Below are positions 59,231-64,000 of a stretch of DNA of 64,000 nt, piece after piece. This DNA is from Verrucomicrobiota bacterium (GTDB lineage: Bacteria > Verrucomicrobiota > Verrucomicrobiia > Chthoniobacterales > JAFAMB01). Position 1 is the first letter of the stretch; every line of letters starts with the position of its first letter. Both the position numbers and the translations under genes were made by a program. Where the stretch lies: positions 12,563 through 76,562 of the forward strand of contig JAFAZK010000280.1 of assembly GCA_019239825.1 (NCBI GenBank). The letters run 5' to 3'. The notes beneath the pieces are model-generated. The model ran no database searches, was not told where the DNA came from, and saw only the letters and a list, made by a program, of their open reading frames with translations.

Positions 59231-59442
59231 TGGTGGGGCGAGGCTCCCGAAAGACTGCGAGTCTAACCAGGGAATAAAGGTGCGTCGCTTGGATTTCGTG
59301 CGCTGCGCCTAAGATCGCGCCGAGCCGTGGCCCAACGATAAACCTCGGCTCGGCACGCTTGATGGCCGAACATCGTTACTAGTGTATTGAACACCAGGGG
59401 CTTCGTTATAACGTCGGGTCTTTCGGGAGCCTCGCCCCACCA
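59231..59442. repeat. REP/REPIN-like element family B, copy 3
   Basis: Perfect 25-bp IR TGGTGGGGCGAGGCTCCCGAAAGAC...GTCTTTCGGGAGCCTCGCCCCACCA. Confidence 0.85.
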
Positions 59443-59756
59443 GTTTTACTCCCTACTGTCAAATTGAACCCGCGCTTTCTCGCGGTCTGTACGAACCGAT
59501 CTAAGAGCTTCTCCTCAATAAAGGTAAACGCTACGTCCAGCCCACCGCCGGCGTAGGCCCGTCCTATTTCGGCTTCTACGCTGGTCGGCTCACCAAAGGC
59601 AGAAAGAAATTGATTCGAAACCCATAGTTCGAACAACCGGTTTCGATCTTTAGGATTTTCGCCTTGGCCGATCCGTAAAAGCCAAGACCGAGCGAACAGC
59701 GCCAGGACGGCATCTCCGATCCAAGCCTCGTTTCGCAACTGCTCTTCAGGATCCAT
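59406..59756 (-). CDS. Small RNase III-domain (Mini-III-like) protein
   Basis: AWIGDAVL resembles the RNase III signature; VSN..L and VEAEIG; no dsRBD. Confidence 0.65.
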   Translation of the reverse strand: MDPEEQLRNEAWIGDAVLALFARSWLLRIGQGENPKDRNRLFELWVSNQFLSAFGEPTSVEAEIGRAYAGGGLDVAFTFIEEKLLDRFVQTARKRGFNLTVGSKTGGARLPKDPTL

Positions 59757-60396
59757 TTTGACTAATCTCCGGCGAGAAATTCGACAAACAAGTGTATTCA
59801 GCGCCTTCGGGTCCAGGCACGCTTCGCATCAGACTCACAGAATTTACCCGCCAGAAACATTCTCGGAACCAATCCTTTTCTGAAAGGATGCGCATTCGCT
59901 CTGCAAACCTTCGCGGCAGGTGACGAAATCGAGCGATCGTGATGTGAGGGTAAGAACGCTCGTTTTCTTTTAAAGGAATTATTTTGGAAAACGTGGCTAA
60001 AAAGCCAGATTGCAGCTGTTGCAACAGTCCATTCGAACGGCAGCCCACCCACAAAACTCTGGGACGATGAAAGGCGGGAAAACTGCCGATACCGCTCAGA
60101 GTCAAGACCGGGAGCTCTTTGAATGAGGCCATGACTTCATTCGCCGTGACCTCTAAGTTCGCGATTTCCGCCGGCGGGACACTTCCCAAAAATAGAATGG
60201 TCAAATGAAACTGGGTGGGCCGAGTCCAGCGCACGGCGCGTTGTGGGTCAAAACCCGTTTCCAAGACTTTTCTTACTTCGCTCTGAATTGCCGACAAATG
60301 ATGGATCACGTCCGGAGGTGGATTAATAGAGAAGAAGAGTCGAACCGGCCCCGTGTCGGTAGGCGGATCCAATCTCTCGAATGTATCGCTTTCCAT
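59746..60396 (-). CDS. thpR: RNA 2',3'-cyclic phosphodiesterase (2H family)
   Basis: RLFF, HLTILFLG, PRVLWVG, PHITIAR (two HxT motifs). Confidence 0.88.
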   Translation of the reverse strand: MESDTFERLDPPTDTGPVRLFFSINPPPDVIHHLSAIQSEVRKVLETGFDPQRAVRWTRPTQFHLTILFLGSVPPAEIANLEVTANEVMASFKELPVLTLSGIGSFPAFHRPRVLWVGCRSNGLLQQLQSGFLATFSKIIPLKENERSYPHITIARFRHLPRRFAERMRILSEKDWFRECFWRVNSVSLMRSVPGPEGAEYTCLSNFSPEISQNGS

Positions 60397-60568
60397 TACG
60401 CTTTCGGTAGGGACGAACTCCTTGGGGGGCGAGCCTCGGAGCGGTTCTAGGTTTTAAGTATTACGTTCCAAGTTGCGCCCTCGTCCCAGCAGCCGAAAAT
60501 TCATCCCCACCGGACGTCTTAACCAGTTTCTTGATTTTCGTGCCGGCAACGGTAGTGATTTCGGCTTC

Positions 60569-61636
60569 ATGAGAATGATTTGTGGTTTGGTGTTTCTGGC
60601 TGCCGGCTGGTTCGTTCTCACTCCCTTGTATGGAGATGTCTCTGAGGCCACTTGCACGGCAGCAGAGAAGTACTCGGTTTCCCACCGAGGCCTGTCTCTG
60701 CTGGTGATTCAGGACGGTCACGTCATTTATGAACGTTATTCGGATGGCGATAGCCAGGATAGGGTTGCCTCGATTTTCAGCGGCACCAAGGGGTTCTGGT
60801 GTTTGGCTGCTATCGCCGCTCAACAAGACGGAATTCTGGATCTGGATGAACCCGTGAAAGATACCATCACCGAGTGGGCAGATGAACCCGACAAGAAAAA
60901 TATCACCATCCGCAATCTTCTGAGCTTTACCGCTGGCATCGAACCAGTATTCGCTCTTCATGGCAAAAGGATCCCCGATCGCAACCGCTACAGTATTGCA
61001 TTGAGAGCCGTTGAGCCTCCAGGCGAAAGCTTCATGTATGGCCCGAGTGAGCTCCAGATTTTTTCGGAGGTTCTCCGAAGAAAATTGCTACGGCGCCATC
61101 TTACTCCTCAAGAATATCTGCAGCGACGAATCCTGAGTCCGCTTGGCATCTATGGTGTGGACTTTCGGGAAGACGCCGTCGGTAACCCTTTACTCGCCAG
61201 CGGTTTTAAATTGAGCGCCAGAGAATGGGCGCAAATAGGGATTCTGATTCTCAACGAAGGGAAATATGGTCGCCGACAAGTCGTCCCGAGCGGTATGCTG
61301 GCCGAACTGTTCCATGGCAGTTCTGCTAACCCGATTTTTGGTATGGGGTTTTGGCTTAACCGGACCGCAAGTGACGACGCCAGCGAGGTCGATGTCGAGA
61401 AAATGTTGGATATCCCTTGGCAACGGCAATATTGGCACCATGTCTGTCTGTGCCGGGACGCACCACGAGACCTGATTGCGGCGATTGGCTCGGGTTACCA
61501 GCGCGTGTTTGTCATCCCTTCCATGGACCTGATTATCGTCCGCCAGGGCCGCGATGGTCCTTTCTCCGATGCGAGGTTTCTTCGAATCATCCTGGGCAAG
61601 GAAAAGCTTCGCGGCTCCCGGCTAGCAGAGGGTTAG
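60569..61636 (+). CDS. Serine hydrolase, beta-lactamase family, secreted
   Basis: FSGTK (SxxK), ITIRNLLSFTAG, PGESFMY, IPSMDLIIVR. Confidence 0.85.
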   Translation: MRMICGLVFLAAGWFVLTPLYGDVSEATCTAAEKYSVSHRGLSLLVIQDGHVIYERYSDGDSQDRVASIFSGTKGFWCLAAIAAQQDGILDLDEPVKDTITEWADEPDKKNITIRNLLSFTAGIEPVFALHGKRIPDRNRYSIALRAVEPPGESFMYGPSELQIFSEVLRRKLLRRHLTPQEYLQRRILSPLGIYGVDFREDAVGNPLLASGFKLSAREWAQIGILILNEGKYGRRQVVPSGMLAELFHGSSANPIFGMGFWLNRTASDDASEVDVEKMLDIPWQRQYWHHVCLCRDAPRDLIAAIGSGYQRVFVIPSMDLIIVRQGRDGPFSDARFLRIILGKEKLRGSRLAEG

Positions 61637-61871
61637 CGGTTCGCCGTTCATCGTTGGCGCTTCACGCAGCGACTTATACCCTATGAGTCCCATAGAGCCT
61701 GCTTCGGCGCAGTCGCGCGATTGGGGGGGAGGCAGGTCCTATGCTCTGGGGTGCTTTTCTCCCTTTTGCGTTGCATGTCCCGAGAGCTCAACTATTAACT
61801 TCGACCAGTAAACAGTGAACCGAGAACTGAGAACTTGATCAACCACAGCCACAGTTTACTTTCCGCTTATT

Positions 61872-62348
61872 ATGGACCTTACGCATGACCACTTCTTTTG
61901 GGGACTAGGAGTGGGTATACTTCTTGGGATCATCGGCATTATCTTGACCATCCTTCGACTTTGGGAGGCGCGCCGCGAAGTGGCCCGCTTGCGACGGCAT
62001 CTGGCCGACAAACTCGAATTGGAAGCCGATGCCACAAACCGGCTAAAAGGGGATCTGCAGAATCTGAAGTCGCAGAACGAAAACCTTAGAATGAAGGTGG
62101 CGACTCTCAGCCAGACACCAGACCGCAAACAGCAACGGGATCTGGAAGTATACGCCAGGGCCGAGCGCTACATGGTCTCGCAATCACCTGGTTTCCCCGC
62201 AGTCTGGGAACAGGCCAAACGAGTCGCGATGGGCGAGCTCGAGACCGAAGAACAGGGACAGAGCCTTCCGCGCCGCGTATTTAACGCGCTATTGAATCGG
62301 TCTCCGAAAGCGGATGATCGAGAGGAGCAGCCGCAGCCCCAGGCTTGA
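61872..62348 (+). CDS. Hypothetical membrane-anchored coiled-coil protein
   Basis: N-terminal TM followed by a heptad-rich helix. Confidence 0.7.
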   Translation: MDLTHDHFFWGLGVGILLGIIGIILTILRLWEARREVARLRRHLADKLELEADATNRLKGDLQNLKSQNENLRMKVATLSQTPDRKQQRDLEVYARAERYMVSQSPGFPAVWEQAKRVAMGELETEEQGQSLPRRVFNALLNRSPKADDREEQPQPQA

Positions 62349-62492
62349 AGTTGTCGGGCCCTTCTTATCCGCGATGATTTCGGGGGGGGAAGATGGCTTG
62401 TCGCGCCGTAGGTCTTGCGGAAGACGGAGAAATTCGCGGTTGACGCAGTCTGCTAACGGTGGCAGGCTCTGTCTCCCTTTTTTAGAAAGCTC

Positions 62493-62762
62493 ATGGCAAA
62501 CACGCGATCAGCAGCGAAACGGTCAAGGCAGACCAATGCTCGTACCTTGCAAAACAAGTCAGTACTCACCGGAATCAAATCGCAGCAGAAAAAGCTGAGT
62601 GCGGCGATTGCCGGAGGAGATAAGAGCAAAATCGAAGCCGAACTGGGTCTATTTGCTTCTAGACTCGACAAAGCAGCGAAGCGTGGCGTCCTTCACAAGA
62701 ATTACGCGGCTCGCCGCAAGAGCCGCGCGACCCATGCCGTGGCCGCGAAGCTGAAAGCTTAG
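62493..62762 (+). CDS. rpsT: 30S ribosomal protein S20
   Basis: MANTRSAAKR...LDKAAKRGVLHKNYAARRKSR. Confidence 0.97.
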   Translation: MANTRSAAKRSRQTNARTLQNKSVLTGIKSQQKKLSAAIAGGDKSKIEAELGLFASRLDKAAKRGVLHKNYAARRKSRATHAVAAKLKA

Positions 62763-62775
62763 GCCGGGAGCTCCC

Positions 62776-63059
62776 CGGAGGGGAGCCGCTTTCGACCGTC
62801 CGAAGTGGAACGCGCGTTTTTCGAAACGTCGCGTTTGCCTGTAGGGACTGCGTGTTAAAGAGGCGGCTCCCGCAAACGGCTCCTGATGTCACCAGCATCT
62901 GTAGTGTCCTTGTTTGACCCTTACGATCGACACGGCTTGGGCGATTCACGCGTTGAGACGTTTCCGGGAGCCGCCCGCTAACGCGACCTTTGGCAGGGCC
63001 ATGACTTTCGACGCGGTTACACCAGGAGTCTGGGACGATCAAAAGCGGCTCCCCTCCAG
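62776..63059. repeat. Nested-palindrome element family A, copy 6
   Basis: GGAGGGGAGCCGCTTT...AAAGCGGCTCCCCTCC with inner GGCGGCTCCC/GGGAGCCGCC. Confidence 0.85.
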
Positions 63060-63084
63060 TCGATGCGCGGCGGCGCCTGCCAAA

Positions 63085-63447
63085 TCAATTCAGATTGCCC
63101 ATCAATTCTGGGCGCGACGTTAAGCGACTGAGCTGACAGCCGCTATCCGAGGGATCGTTTAAGAACAACAAAGTTACTTCATACGCAACTGATCGGCAGT
63201 ACATGCGATCGCAGCTGACCACGAGCCCGGTCAGGTCGACACATACCGGCGTGCTGTCCGGCGATTCTGGTTCAGCGCATACCCGCAACGAGATCTGAGT
63301 TCCGAGATCGAATCGCCAGCGCGAACGGAAAACCAAGCCTTGGTCGTTCAGCCGGATATCGCTGTAATTACCGAAAACACAATCAACGCCGTAGTCGAGA
63401 TAAATGACTATATCCGCCCCCCGGCTGTCCGGTATCGAAGAGTTCAT
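63085..63447 (-). CDS. Small PilZ-like beta-barrel protein
   Basis: GLVFRS...LGTQISL...GLVVSC...YEVTLLF pattern; weak. Confidence 0.5.
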   Translation of the reverse strand: MNSSIPDSRGADIVIYLDYGVDCVFGNYSDIRLNDQGLVFRSRWRFDLGTQISLRVCAEPESPDSTPVCVDLTGLVVSCDRMYCRSVAYEVTLLFLNDPSDSGCQLSRLTSRPELMGNLN

Positions 63448-63493
63448 CCGCGCTGCAACCTCTGGGCGTACGGTAGCCGGAGTCGGCCTTCCG

Positions 63494-64000
63494 TCAAGTT
63501 TGGCTCTCCATTTCGCCCTCCACTTCAGCGAGGATGCGCTTAGCTAAACGGCCGAGCAAATAGGTCGTACAAATTGTTAATATGAAACCGCTACCCCAGA
63601 CTAAATAGTCGTGGAGACCGGGTTGTTTAGTGCCGCGTGCCATTTCAACGCCGAACTGGCCTAGGGTGCCGATAAACGAATAAAGGAACAGGCCTGGAAT
63701 TTGTCCGAGCGCGACCCACATCAGGCAACGATGCAAGGGAACTCTGGTCAGCCCGTATAAGTAGTTTAGCAGGCTGGATGGGGCCAGCGGGTTCAATTGC
63801 GAGAGTACCACGATCTTCCAACCGTGCCTTTCGATTGCCCGGTCAATGAGAGCAAGCCGCCGGCTGTTATGGATCAGTTTTTCGATCCGCCGCCGGCCCA
63901 ACCACCGGGCAATACAAAAAGCGGCGGCTGCACCCAGCAAGTTGCCCACCAGAACGATGAGGAATCCCCACCATAATCCGAACAGGAACCCGCCTCCGAT
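63494..64000 (-). CDS. TVP38/TMEM64 (DedA/VTT) membrane protein, 5' end outside the window
   Basis: GNLLGA..AF.IAR.LGR, GWKIV, P...LNY.YG. Confidence 0.85.
   Translation of the reverse strand: MGGGFLFGLWWGFLIVLVGNLLGAAAAFCIARWLGRRRIEKLIHNSRRLALIDRAIERHGWKIVVLSQLNPLAPSSLLNYLYGLTRVPLHRCLMWVALGQIPGLFLYSFIGTLGQFGVEMARGTKQPGLHDYLVWGSGFILTICTTYLLGRLAKRILAEVEGEMESQT

Overview
Bacterial chromosomal window, about 55-58% GC by eye. Gene content and order suggest a soil-type Verrucomicrobiota genome (inference). Most of it is housekeeping: glmM-cdaA-folP, clpC-mcsB-mcsA, ilvE, trmL, rpmA/rplU, ispA, nadE, pfkA, mutL, infA, carA, tal, larC, rpsT. The main accessory locus is a roughly 14 kb minus-strand RiPP cluster (40111-54317). 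It runs TolC, HlyD, C39-peptidase ABC transporter, second ABC transporter, a sensor-less sigma54 activator, a consensus sigma54 promoter with a candidate UAS, an NHLP-leader peptide with a Cys-free core, three tandem near-identical 44-aa double-glycine precursors missing from the ORF track (core INDTTSIQSVSCSNVLST[V/I]NIA), and a ProcM-like (CCG) LanM. Also notable: a 54-aa CdaR-like peptide between cdaA and glmM, a second DAC-fold protein coupled to a YcaQ-type glycosylase, a Mini-RNase III-like gene coupled to a 2H phosphoesterase, and several families of nested palindromic REP/MITE-like elements in most intergenic gaps. I recognised no rRNA, tRNA, CRISPR array or transposase.
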